A DNA stretch of 64,000 bases from Octopus sinensis (lineage: Eukaryota). The notes beneath the pieces are model-generated. The model had not been told where the DNA came from, did not search any database, and saw only the letters and a program-made list of their open reading frames with translations. The stretch lies in contig NC_043001.1 in assembly GCF_006345805.1 (NCBI RefSeq), positions 57,350,001 through 57,414,000 of the forward strand. The letters run 5' to 3'. This document shows, piece after piece, positions 42,401 to 54,849 of this stretch (positions within the stretch are counted from its first letter, which is position 1; each line of letters begins with the position of its first letter). The translations under genes were made by a program, and so were the position numbers.

Positions 42401-43958
42401 TGGTCTATGACTATTTAATTTTTTTCCCGCTGGGCCGCTGGTGGCAATAAAATTCTACAAAATTTTCCTTGCCACCCTATATGATTAATTATGAATTTTT
42501 TGGTTAATTCCGTAATGGAATCGACGGCTGATATTATTTGCTGCCGATAAATTTGGCGCGAGTGCGACGATTTGAAAATTTTAGGTCAGAATTGACTTGG
42601 CAAGATTGGGTATGCCTCGTGTATATATCTGTTCCGTCTTGAGCTATTTCTGCTGAAGAATCCGAGGGCTTATGGAAGATTGGCTTGATTTAATTTAATC
42701 AGGTTAGTATACATTAAACAAACGGATGAAACGGTATACCGTACAAGAAATTACAGGGTAAATGTTTTTTAATTTTCTCCTGTTTACGGAGTTGATCTTT
42801 ATTGCGGTGCGTTAGAAGCTTTGGCTGTTATTCTAGTGGGTGGGTGAATGGCTATTATGGCCGTTCTTAATTGTTAATGTTGAACTTAAAAATGGTCTAT
42901 GACTATTTAATTTTTTTCCCGTGGGCCGCTGGTGGCAATAAAATTCTACAAAATTTTCCTTGCCACCCTATATTGATTAATTATGAATTTTTTGGTTAAT
43001 TCCGTAATGGAATCGACGGCTGATATTTATTTGCTGCCGATAAATTTGGCGCGAGTGCGACGATTTGAAAATTTTAGGTCAGATATTGACTTGGCAAGAT
43101 TGGTATGCCTCGTGTATATATCTGTTCCGTCTTGAGCTATTTCTTGCTGAAGAATCCGAGGGATTATGGAAGATTGGCTTGATTTAATTAATCAGGTTAG
43201 TATACCATTAAACAGCGGATGAAACGGTATACCGTACAAGAAATTACAGGGTAAATGTTTTTTTAATTTTCTCCTGTTTACGGAGTTGATCTTTATTTGC
43301 GGTAGAAGCTTTGGCTGTTATTTCTAGTGGGTGAATGGCCTATTATGGCCGTTCCTTAATTGTTAATGTTGAACTTAAAAATGGTCTATGACTATTTAAT
43401 TTTTTTCCCGCTGGGCCGCTGGTGGCAATAAAATTCTACAAAATTTTCCTTGCCACCCTATATTGATTAATTATGAATTTTTTGGTTAATTCCGTAATGG
43501 AATCGACGGCTGATATTTATTTGCTGCCGATAAATTTGGCGCGAGTGCGACGATTTGAAAATTTTAGGTCAGATATTGACTTGGCAAGATTGGGTATGCC
43601 TCGTGTATATATCTGTTCCGTCTTGAGCTATTTCTTGCTGAAGAATCCGAGGGCTTATGGAAGATTGGCTTGATTTAATTTAATCAGGTTAGTATACCAT
43701 TAAACAGCGGATGAAACGGTATACCGTACAAGAAATTACAGGGTAAATGTTTTTTTAATTTTCTCCTGTTTACGGAGTTGATCTTTATTTGCGGTAGAAG
43801 CTTTGGCTGTTATTTCTAGTGGGTGAATGGCCTATTATGGCCGTTCCTTAATTGTTAATGTTGAACTTAAAAATGGTCTATGACTATTTAATTTTTTTCC
43901 CGCTGGGCCGCTGGTGGCAATAAAATTCTACAAAATTTTCCTTGCCACCCTATATTGA

Positions 43959-43965
<7 letters not shown>
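36442..43965. mobile_element. ~490-bp hammerhead-containing tandem array (retrozyme-like), ~15 copies in two inverted arms, inserted in (TA)n
   Basis: Unit starts at 36442, 36934, 37421, 37911, 38401, 38891 and 39382; orientation flips at 39739/39740; right arm has about 8.6 units; one hammerhead per unit. Confidence 0.95.
43630..43736 (+). ncRNA. Type I hammerhead ribozyme, representative array copy; predicted cleavage after GUA at 43728
   Basis: Stem I 43630-37/43729-36; CTGAAGA 43638-44; stem II 43645-49/43708-12; GAAA 43713-16; palindromic stem III 43716-27. Confidence 0.9.
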
Positions 43966-44001
<36 letters not shown>

Positions 44002-44844
44002 CGAAAAAAAATTGTAACAAATTTCCGTTTTCGCGATAGAACACAATGAATTCTCTCCCTCCCCGCTTCCCGCAATCCATGTGTGCGTGGCTGTATTCGT
44101 AAATATATAGGTATGTGTGCCTGTCCGGCGCTAGTATGCATATGGATGTTTATGTGAACGACCAAGTATAGAGGCCGACTTTTAAGGGTCAGCTAAGGAC
44201 AATGGCATGTGTAACCAGCCATGAAGAAAATAGCAACTGTACAAATAAATCAAATGCCTGTCTCTTTAAAACACCAACCAATATATCAGTGGGAGATTCA
44301 CCATCCCACTACATCTATATCTTCAAAGCAGTTTGCCAACGGCCATTCGGATACAACAGACCAGATAAACTCAGTGGGTACTATTAAATTCAGGACACGA
44401 AATCAGAGAGGATGAACTTGAAGTTAGAACTCAAAATGCAGGTATACGGCTGCGTAATCAAGTACATGCACACCTGGAGAACTACGTAGTGTAGAAACAA
44501 TTGTAGTGGCTGAAAAATAAATGTCCATCCGTACACTTTGTTGACTCTATTTCAATTATTTAATCACACCGGACGGATGGCAAAACGCAAGCCTTGGAAG
44601 TACGTATAATACTACTATTGGATAGCGCAGGGTGAAATCTGAAGGTGGACGAGATTTATACTGTACGCTACTACGTTCGGAACAGTATATAGATATAAAC
44701 ACACAAAACAGGTTTCTTACAGTTTCCATTTACAAAATTCATTCATAAGTCTTGATCGGCTCAGAGGTATTACGAAGGAAACTTACTTAAGACGTCACAC
44801 AGTGGACCTCAACGTGGAAATGTACATTAAATAATAGTAATATA

Positions 44845-44878
<34 letters not shown>

Positions 44879-44886
44879 TAATAATA

Positions 44887-44924
<38 letters not shown>

Positions 44925-44944
44925 TAATAATAATTTAATCCATT

Positions 44945-45145
44945 CCCGCAAGGGCATTTTGTAGGAGGAGGGGATTAAGTCGATTATATCCACCCTAGTT
45001 TTTCATTGATACTTACTTTAATCGACTCCGAAAGGATCAAAGGCAAAGTGGACCGCGGCGGAATTTGAACTCAGAACGTAGCGGCAGGCGAAATAATACT
45101 AAGCATTTCGCCTGGTGTCCAAACAATTCTGCCAGCTCAACGCCC
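44945..45145 (-). mobile_element. tRNA-derived SINE, family 1
   Basis: Reverse complement of 63651-63820. Confidence 0.85.
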
Positions 45146-45147
45146 TG

Positions 45148-47342
45148 AATGGCTCACGAAGGGGAAACCTTCTTAATTCCCAAATCAAATGAGACAGCAA
45201 AACCAGAAAAATACAGGCCTATAACCTGTCTCCCTACGATGTACAAAGCATTCACTGCAGTAATATCACAAAGATCGAACAAGCACCTGGACGAAAACAA
45301 CCTGTTTTCAGAAGAGCAGAAAAGGTGCCGCAAAGGCTCATGTGGTTGTAAAGCTCAACTAATGATCAGTAAAGCTATAACTGAAGACAGCCACAGAAAG
45401 AAAAAAGGCCTCAGTATGGCCTAGATCGACTACAGAAAGGCATTTGATAGTATCCTCCACACATGGATCCTCGAAACACTAGCCATTAACAAAGTAGCAC
45501 CAACAATTATAAAATACATAGGACACTCTGAATAAATGGCAGACAGTGCTACAGCTCCAAACAAAAGAGGGACTCGTGAAAACCGAAGCCATCCCCATTA
45601 GAAGAGGAATATTCCAGGGAGATACGCTCTCTCCACTCCATTTCTGCCTGGCACTGTCACCTCTATCTGCTACGCTAAATATAACTGGATGCGGATATAA
45701 ATGTTACTGCAAAACGATCAGCCACCTTTTTATAAATGGATGACCTAAAACTGTACGCTGCAAATGACAAACAGCTGGAAACACTACTAAAGACAATTCG
45801 TGGATTCACCAAAGATTTGGATTGGAAAAATGCGCCAAAGTAACCCTGAAAAGCGTAACAACATCACACTAGATAAAGCCAATGAAATAAGAGAATAATC
45901 CAAAGCTAAACTTACAAATATTTAGGAGTCCATGAACTAGATAAGACACAATACACACAAATAAAAGAGAAAATAAAGAAAGAATACTATAGACGAGTTA
46001 GATCAATACTAAAAAGAGAGCTCAATGCTAAAAACAAGATAATAGGTATTAACACTTTAGCCGTTCCAGTTATAAGTTACAGCTACAATATCCTTAACTG
46101 GACGCTAAATGAACTAACCAAAATAGATAGAAAAACAAGAAAAATAATGATAGGATCTAGGATGCATCACCCAAAATCTGACATAGAAAGGCTATATATA
46201 CAACGTATAGAAGGTGGTAGAGGCCTTATAAAGCTGGGAAACTACTGTAAAGGAATCACCATAGGACTGCAAAAATACCTACTTCAGAAGCAAGGAAAAC
46301 TGATACAAATAGCGGCAAAACACGAGCAAACCGAAAAAATTCTCCTCAGTATTTAAGGAAACTGACATATACAAACAAGAAATCATACCACCTAACAAAT
46401 TTGAAGAAGAAAACAGAACAAAATCTATAAAGCAAGTGAAATCAATACTAAACTTAGAACATCAATGGACCATGATAAAACGATGGCAAGAAAAGTCCCT
46501 TCATGGCAAAAACTGGACTAATCTAAATGCAAAAGAAATAGACCATCAATGGCTGAGAAGCTCAGGACTCAAGGCAGAGACAGAGGGATTTTTAATTGCA
46601 GCACAAGACCAAAGCCTCCCCACCAGAAATTACCAAAAACATGTATTGAAAAGAAATATAACAAGTAACTGCAGAATATGTGGAGATGGACAAGAAACAA
46701 TAAATCATATTATCTCTGGCTGCCCAGTCCAGGCTAAGAAGGAATATATTCACAGACATGACAGAGTTAGGACCTACATACACTGGAAGCTATGCCAACA
46801 TTATGGAATAACAACAGAAAAAAGATGGTATAGGCACACACCAGAAAAGGCCACAGAAAACGAGAAAGCAACGATACTCTGGGATATGTCAATACATACA
46901 GATAGAGAATTAAGGCCAACAGACCAGATATAGTTGTCAGAGATCATGAAGAAAAAAATGCTTTCTAATTAATATATCAATACCGGCAGATGACAACGTG
47001 ATTCTAAAAGAAATGGAGAAACTTTCAAAATACAAGGACTTGGAAATAGAGGTAACTAGAATGTGGAATCTAAAACAGAAACAATTCCTATCATAGTAGG
47101 TGCATTAGGCATGAGATAAAAATATTCCGACAAATATATAGCAAAAACACCAGAACTTACAAACACATATAACATACAGAAAATTGCACTACTACTAGGC
47201 ACTGCACACATCCTACGCAGAACACTTTCAATACAGTAACCATGAGAGCATCACAACAAATCACAGCACATAGCCAAGGCACAGAGCTGCGCTCAGTAGT
47301 GATGTACGAGTAAAAGCACGTTACAAAAATAAAACTACTGAA
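45148..47342 (+). mobile_element. R4/Dong-type element, RT-CCHC-RLE plus 3' UTR, 5'-truncated
   Basis: KYRPITCLPTMYK, IDYRKAFDS, GIFQGDTLSP, MDDLK, MHHPKSD, CRICGDGQETINHIISGC..HRHDRV, RPDIVV; ends in (TAA)n. Confidence 0.93.
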
Positions 47343-47347
47343 TGATG

Positions 47348-47405
<58 letters not shown>

Positions 47406-47429
47406 TGATGATGATGTTGATGATAATAA

Positions 47430-47473
<44 letters not shown>

Positions 47474-47481
47474 TTAATAAT

Positions 47482-47536
<55 letters not shown>

Positions 47537-47581
47537 GTAGTAGTAGTAGTAATAATAATATTAATAACAATAATAATAATA

Positions 47582-49525
47582 AGACATACAAGATCTCTCC
47601 TGTCGTCTCAAAATTCTTAGAGAATAGCATGACCATGTGGAACACACGTCTCTTTCTAAGCCATAGTAATGGGATGAGCCAGTCCAACAGCAGCAACGTC
47701 AAACGAGGCATCTTTCAAGGTGACTCCCTCTCTCCATTACTTTTTTGCATGGCACTGATACCACTCTCAAACGAATTGGATAGTACCAGATATGGGTACA
47801 AAGTTTTAAGTAAGTTAATAAACCACCTTTCCTATATGGACGACCTAACTGTTTGCCAGGAATGACCAAGAGCTAGAAGGGCTGCTAACAACTGTTAAAG
47901 AGTTTAGCAGATATCGAATGTATTTGGTTTTTTGGCCTTGATAAGTGTGCTAAAGCACTTTTGTAAGAGGCAAGCTCAGGCAAACAGCTTCTGTTAAATT
48001 AGATATTGACACTACCATCAAGGAACTTGACCACAAGAAAGTTACAAATACCTAGGAATCAACGAAGGAGATGGTATATATCATGCTACTATGAAGGAAA
48101 AAATAAGAAAGGAATACTATAGGAGAATAAGGCTTGTACTGAAGACTGAACTCAACTCCAAAAATTGCATTGAGGCCATTAACACCCTGGCGCTTCAGTA
48201 GTCCAGTACAGTTTTAACATCATTAACTGGAACCTTACGGAACTCCAAGCTTGGGACAGGAAGACATGAAAATTACTGACATCCAAGAGCATGCACCACC
48301 CTAAGGCAGATGTAGACCGCCTGTACCTACCTAGAAGCAGCGGGGGGAGAGGAATGATGCAATTAGAGCTGTGCTATAAGACCTCTACTGTAGGAATGAA
48401 CAGGTACCTATCTAGTACAAAGGACTGGATGCTGCGACTTGTGTGCGAACACGAAAGCAGCAAAAAGCTGCATTCTATTGTCAAGGAAGCCTATAAGTTA
48501 GAAAGGGAACTAGATATTAACCTTGAATCAGATGAAGAGCCGGAAACCACTGCTACCAAGCAAGCAATGCGAATCAAGCAGACTGCAAAAAAGAACGGGC
48601 AGAATCAAATTGAGAGGCGGTGGAGCCAGAAGCCCCTGCATGGACAATATATTCTCCGAAGCCAAAATGCTGATGTAGACCAAGCAACAACCCATCAGTG
48701 GCTGAAGAGCTCTGGATTGAAGCAGAGACTGAAGGCTTCATACTGGCAGCACAAGATCAAAGCTTGTTTACCAGAAATTACCAGGCTAACGTTCTCCGAA
48801 ACGGTACTGACCCTAAATGCAGATTCTGCGACACATTTAACGAAACGATAGACCATCTCGTTTCGGGATGTCCCGTGCTGACACCAAACGAATACAAAAA
48901 TCGCCATGATAGGGTAGGACAGTATATACATTGGAAGATATGTAAATACTACAAATTCGACACTCCTGCTAACTGGTATGAACACCATCCTCAACCAGTT
49001 GTTGAAGGTAAGGATGTCACCATCCTCTGGGATTTTCCAGTCAACACTGACAGAACGATCAAGGCTAATCGACCAGACATAATTGTTAAAGACAGGGAAG
49101 AAAATACCTGCAGACTAATAGAAGTAAGCGTCCCCATGATAAAAATATATCTGTAAAGGAATTTGACAAACTTAGTAAATATAAGGACCTGGAAATCAAA
49201 ATAAAAAAGATGTGGAATCTTAAAACAAAAACTGTTCCTTATTGTAGGTGCCCTAGGTATGATAAAAAGGGATGTCAGAACACCCAGACGATAACCTGGA
49301 GAACTATGTCTCAAGGAAATCCAAAAGATGTGCTAACAAGTACTGCCCACATCCTTAAAAAACCCTATCAATGTAAATGTTGGTGTTTGTCTTACATGGA
49401 GATTTTCTCTACTTCCCCTCCCCAAACTTTCAGCTATATTTCACAACTCTTAACCTTCACTTGCCCTAGGGTGCTAGGTGTGCCCCGGCAAGTAATTGCA
49501 TCAAACATGCAGATTAAAAGTAAAT
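47582..49525 (+). mobile_element. R4/Dong-type element (second subfamily), 5'-truncated
   Basis: GIFQGDSLSPLLF, YMDDL, CRFCDTFNETIDHLVSGC..RHDRV, NRPDIIVKD; TAA on both sides. Confidence 0.93.
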
Positions 49526-49541
49526 GATAATAATAATACAA

Positions 49542-49606
<65 letters not shown>

Positions 49607-49609
<3 letters not shown>

Positions 49610-50778
49610 TAACATGAAAAAGGGGAAACGAGTATAGAAGGTGGTAGAGGACTTAACAGCTGGAAAACTACTATAAAATAACCACCATAGGACTGCAAAA
49701 ATATCTACTTCAGAAGGAAGGAAAACTGATTCAGATAGCGGCAAAACACGAGCAAAACAAAAAAACTGTTCTCAGTATTTAAGGAAGCTGACAAATACAA
49801 ACAAGAAATCATACCCCTAATAAACATCAAGAAAAAGAAGATGAAGAAACCGACGAAAAAGCTTATAAAACAAATGAAATCCAAACTAACAATAGAACAG
49901 CAACGAACCATGATAAAACGATGGCAAGAAAAGCCCCTTCATGGTAAATACTGCACTAAACTAAACGCAAAAGAAATAGACAAAGAAAAATCCCAGCAAT
50001 GGTTGAGAATCTCAGGACTCAAAGCAGAAACAGAGGGATTTTTATTGCAGCACAAGACCAAAGCCTCCCCACCAGAATTACCAAAAACATGTAATGAAAA
50101 GAAATATAACAAGTAACTGCAGAATATGTGGAGATGGACAAGAAACATAAATCATATTATCTCTGGCTGCCCAGTCCTGGCTAAGAAGGAATATATTCAC
50201 AGACATGACAGAGTTGGAACCTACATACATTGGAAGCTATGCCAACATTATGGAATAACAACAGAAAAAAGATGGTATAGGCACACACCAGAAAAGGTCA
50301 CAGAACAGAGAAGCAACCATACTCTAGGATATGCCGATAAACTCAGATAGAGAAATTAAGGCCAACAGACCATATATAGTTGTCAGAGATCATGAAGAAA
50401 AAAAATGCTTTCTAATTGATGTATCAATACCGACAGATGACAACGTGATTCTAAAAGAAATGGAGAAACTCTCAAAATACAAAGACCTGGAAATAAAGGT
50501 ATCTAGAATGTGGAATCTGAAAACAGAAACAATCCTATCATAGTAGGTGCATTAGGCATGATAAAAAAAAATATTCAGACAAATACATAACAAAAACACC
50601 AGTCTTACAAACACATATAACATACAGAAAATTGCACTACTAGGCACTGCACACATCCTACGCAGAACACTTTCCATACAATAACCATCAGAGCATCACA
50701 ACAAATCACAGCACATACCCAAGGCACACAGAGCTGCGCTCAGTAGTGAAGTGAAAGCACGCTATAAAAATAAAACTA

Positions 50779-50783
<5 letters not shown>
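49607..50783 (+). mobile_element. R4/Dong-type element (same subfamily as 45148-47342), 5'-truncated
   Basis: Near-identical to 46200-47342, including the 3' UTR ending aataaaactactgaat. Confidence 0.92.
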
Positions 50784-50812
<29 letters not shown>

Positions 50813-50820
50813 TAATAATA

Positions 50821-50852
<32 letters not shown>

Positions 50853-51472
50853 TACACCCCTAGTGCTTGAAAATGACAACATCTCACTCCTCTGGAACTT
50901 CACCATTCAAACTGATAGAAAGATAGATGCAAATAGGCCAGACATCACATTGAAAGACTTCAAACAAAGAACGTGCCTCCTCATTGATATGACTGTCCCA
51001 ATCGATATAAACGTATCTGTCAAGACTTACCAAAAACTGAGCAAATATAAAATCTTGAAATAGAAATCAGCAAAATGTGGAACCTGAAGACTAAAACAAT
51101 ACCTGTTGTCATAGGTGCCCTGTGAATGATAGCAAAAGGGGCTGATAGCTACCTAACTCAAATACCAGGAAACCCCAAAATGGCAGAAATTCAAAAGATA
51201 GTGCTCATGGGAACTGCTCTTTTCCTACGCAAAATACTTTCTATGTAATCCCAAGGTTTAAAACAAACATAATTTCCGGTTTTAAAAGGAAAAAAAGAGA
51301 AAAAAAATTTTTTTTTTCTTAGACATTCATTAGTACAACACCAAAAACTCCCCCCCAAATATATGGCACACGAGGCATAACAACACCATGAACTTCCAAC
51401 CTGTTGTCTCTTGAGGTCTCTGGGTGAGACTTGGAGCCAACTTGTACAAATATAAAGCAAAAGTCAAACATA

Positions 51473-51474
<2 letters not shown>
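50853..51474 (+). mobile_element. R4/Dong-type 3' end (third subfamily)
   Basis: LLWNFTIQTDRKIDANRPDITLKD..LLIDMTVP..KLSKYK; ends in (TAA)n. Confidence 0.88.
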
Positions 51475-51549
<75 letters not shown>

Positions 51550-51550
<1 letters not shown>

Positions 51551-52365
51551 GAACACTCAGACAGTCCAAACCTCTGCCAAGGCAATACTAATCTCCTCCC
51601 AACAATTAGCCGGAGATGATTTTTAAAATGAGAATATTTGAATGACAGTTCATCACTGGCAGTGCAAACCCAAGCTTTGGTCACGAACTCGAAGGCCAAC
51701 CTTACGAATGATCAAGTGTCTCCATTGGGCCGCATCTGTTATAGAGTGTATAAAACCATTGCCTATATCTCGAACGAATACCTCAAACTCCTGCAAGTTT
51801 TGGCGACACAATGAAGTAGCGAAAGTTCTACATTGAATTCTGCGCAAAAAGCGGGGTTGATTGAGAGAAAGAGAAAGAGAGAGAGAGCGAGAGAAAGATA
51901 GAGAGAGAGAGAGGGGGAAAGACGGGGAGTGAGTACAAACCGCAGAGAGTCGCGGAGTTGGAGACTTGCAAAATCCTCTGGGATTCCCCAGTCCAAAAAT
52001 ATCAGGCGCTAGAGCATAACCGACTGGAAGTAGTGTTTTGGGACAAGATGCACCACATGTGCTATACAGTTGAGGTTGTGTGACATTTTGAACCAAGAAT
52101 AGTCAAGAAGGAAGGCGGGAAAATAGATACATACAATTCTCTTTAGTACGAAATATCCCGGCTCTGGAAGATAGTACCAAATATTGTTGGTTCCTCATGG
52201 ACTGTATCAGAAGGCGTCAGGAAGAACATAAAGGAAACCGGAATACAGTGCCCAGAAGTACTGTTACAAAATGTTTACCTTATTGATACGGCCAGAATAA
52301 TAAGGAAAAAAATACGATAGCTGAGAAGAACTAACAACATAGTACCGTAGGCTATTATAATAGGC
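51550..52365 (+). mobile_element. Decayed R4-type 3' fragment with an internal (GA)n tract
   Basis: LAVQTQAL, RHNEVAKVLH, KILWDSPVQ; similar to 1430-2160. Confidence 0.7.
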
Positions 52366-52501
<136 letters not shown>

Positions 52502-52509
52502 GTTTCAAA

Positions 52510-52700
52510 TTTTGCCACAGGGCAACCATTATGGCTGAGGGGATGAGTCGATTAGATTGACCACAGTGTTTCACTGGTACTTAATTTATTGACCCCGAGA
52601 AGATGAAAGGCAAAGTCGACTTTGGCAGAATTTGAACTCAGGACGTCGCGACGGGCGCAATACTGCTAATCATTTCGTCGAGCGTGATAACGATTCTGCT
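52510..52700 (-). mobile_element. tRNA-derived SINE, family 1
   Basis: atgaaaggcaaagtcgac...gaatttgaactcag. Confidence 0.82.
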
Positions 52701-52709
52701 AATAATAAG

Positions 52710-53715
52710 CCGTGATATAAGCTAGAAGGAAAATCTCAAACAATCAACTATCTCCTCTTCATGGATGATTTGAAGCCATACGGTAAAGATGATGTACACG
52801 TGAGTACTTTCGTGAACACGGTCCACCGCTTTCGTGCTAATATTAGAATTCAGACACAAGAAGTGTGATATATTATACCTGAAAATAGGCGAACTACTGT
52901 CCTTAGCAGAGATTGAATTACCTAATAGAGAACTGATTAAACAAATTGAAAAGGAAGGCTGCAAATACCTCGTCATACCAAAGTTCAACGAAATCATGGA
53001 GAAGGAACTGAAAGAAAAACTGAGGATGAAATATTTCCGAAGACCACGATTGGTGTTTCGCTCAAAATTGACCGGATGGAATAAAATTCAAGCAGTTAGT
53101 ACATGGGCGACATCACCAGCTGTGAAGCTGGAATCACAAACTGGCAAAAGAAAGAACTAATAAACATGGATACGAAGACAGGAAAAATATCGACAGTGCA
53201 CGGAAATTTCTACCATAACATTCCTCTTGATAGACTGTACTTGTCCAGAAGAAAGATTGGGTGGGGTTTGATAAGTTGCCAGGATTGTATCGAAATAGAG
53301 GTAAAACAGCTTAGTGTGATATGTAAAAAATACCCTGAAGCCATTGTAGAAACTTACGAATAAGTCCGGCATCATTAAAACTCAGTGCGATCACATGACC
53401 AGAAATCGGAAACCAGAGCTTGCTTTGTTTAATAAAAAAGAAAAACCTTGCATGATAATCGACATAGGAAGTCCCTGTGGCACCAAGATCAAAGAGAAAA
53501 AGAAGAAAAGCTGAACAACCACGACCATTCAAAGTGGGGAAATACGATGGTTGTGGTCAGTTGGAGAGTAGACGTGATACCAATATTAATTGACGCACTT
53601 GGAAGTCTCAGCACTCAATTATTAACATGGCTTAAAAAGACTGATACAAATGAACACCTACAGAAATCAGCATTGCTTGGAACTGCAAGAATTTCTTTGC
53701 GGGATTCTTGACGCA
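52710..53715 (+). mobile_element. Decayed R4-type RT/RLE fragment with an internal deletion
   Basis: INYLLFMDDLK, SKLTGWNKIQAV, DRLYLSRRKIGWGLIS, LQKSALLGTARI. Confidence 0.75.
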
Positions 53716-53999
53716 CAACCAGTAAATAAATGTCACTTTGTCTGTAATCGATTAACTACGCCTACATTCGAATGTCTATACAATCGTGTATTCATTTTAA
53801 TATTGATAGAATTACACATGCAATGTTTACACAATTATGTGAATTTGACACCACACACAAAAATACACACATACGCACACACAAGCACATAAACACACAC
53901 ACGAACATAAATACACACACATGAAAGCACGTGGCACAAACAAAGCAAAACAGTAACAAAACAATTTTCTTCGAACTATCATGATAAAAAAAAAAACTT

Positions 54000-54690
54000 T
54001 AAGTCTGACAAGAATATGAAAGCAACAAATATACGAAAATTAAAGAAAAAATATATGAAATTCATACTTGACAACGATACCACTATAGAAACTATGAATC
54101 AAAATGTATCTGGTGAAGTTGCCCGCATAGCATGGTCTGAAAAGCACGAAAGGTTCTGCAAGGACAATAACATGTTCAAAATAATCCGAAAAGTTTTTAC
54201 AGGAAGACAGGCAAAATTTAATTTATAGTAAAATATTTCTCATTGAAAGAAGTGCAGAAGTTTGAAGCTAAATTTAGACAGAAAACCAAAATCACAATGA
54301 AAAGGCCCCGTGGACTGATAAAATATCTACTGCTTCAACCTCCATAGAAGAGCAAATATGGGAGGGTATCAAGGTAGCGGATGTAAGAACTGCTCTCAGA
54401 CACTCATGCGAATGAAAATCTCCAGGAATGGATAAAATTCCTTACTCTTAGTTGAATGCTTACTCGGAAGGTCATGATTTTACAACATTGTTTTGAAGCA
54501 ACCTAATATGATGTCCTCTTGGCTAGTGGATGGTGTAAATTTCTACTCCTGAAAATATGTAGAAACAAATGAACCAAAAACTATGGTTCCATAGCCTGAT
54601 CAACAATGATGTAGAATATATTAACATCTATCCTGACCGAATGTACTTGTAAGTTCTTAACAGAAAATAGCAGCTTCTCTAACGAGCAAA
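54000..54690 (+). mobile_element. Decayed R4/Dong pre-RT fragment
   Basis: Remnants KSPGMDKIPY and TGRQ/NNMFK-type region; many stops. Confidence 0.5.
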
Positions 54691-54849
54691 AAGTAGAAAT
54701 TTGAACAATTTATAAAACATCAACTACTTTGTGAAACTTTTCTGTAAATATTAGATCATGCAAAAGTATACTGACATTGAATAGTAAGAATTAATATTAG
54801 GATGGTGGGGAATAAGAATTTTATGTAACATTTTTTAGGATAAATCTCT

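Noticed and set aside
36628-43673. Repeated 66-aa ORF MNFLVNSVMEST... in the array
   Set aside because: Short, no recognisable domain, disrupted by an indel and a stop in the 27.2-kb variant; conservation is explained by RNA structure
36442-43965. CRISPR array or pure long-read fold-back artefact
   Set aside because: No unique spacers. The arms are asymmetric with different ends and flanks, and the same architecture recurs at 27.1, 27.7 and 23.6 kb. Copy number and the scattered 1-bp deletions may still be assembly error
44636-44696. Possible decayed hammerhead (ctgaagg...cgttcggaac)
   Set aside because: Both core boxes deviate and the stems are unconvincing
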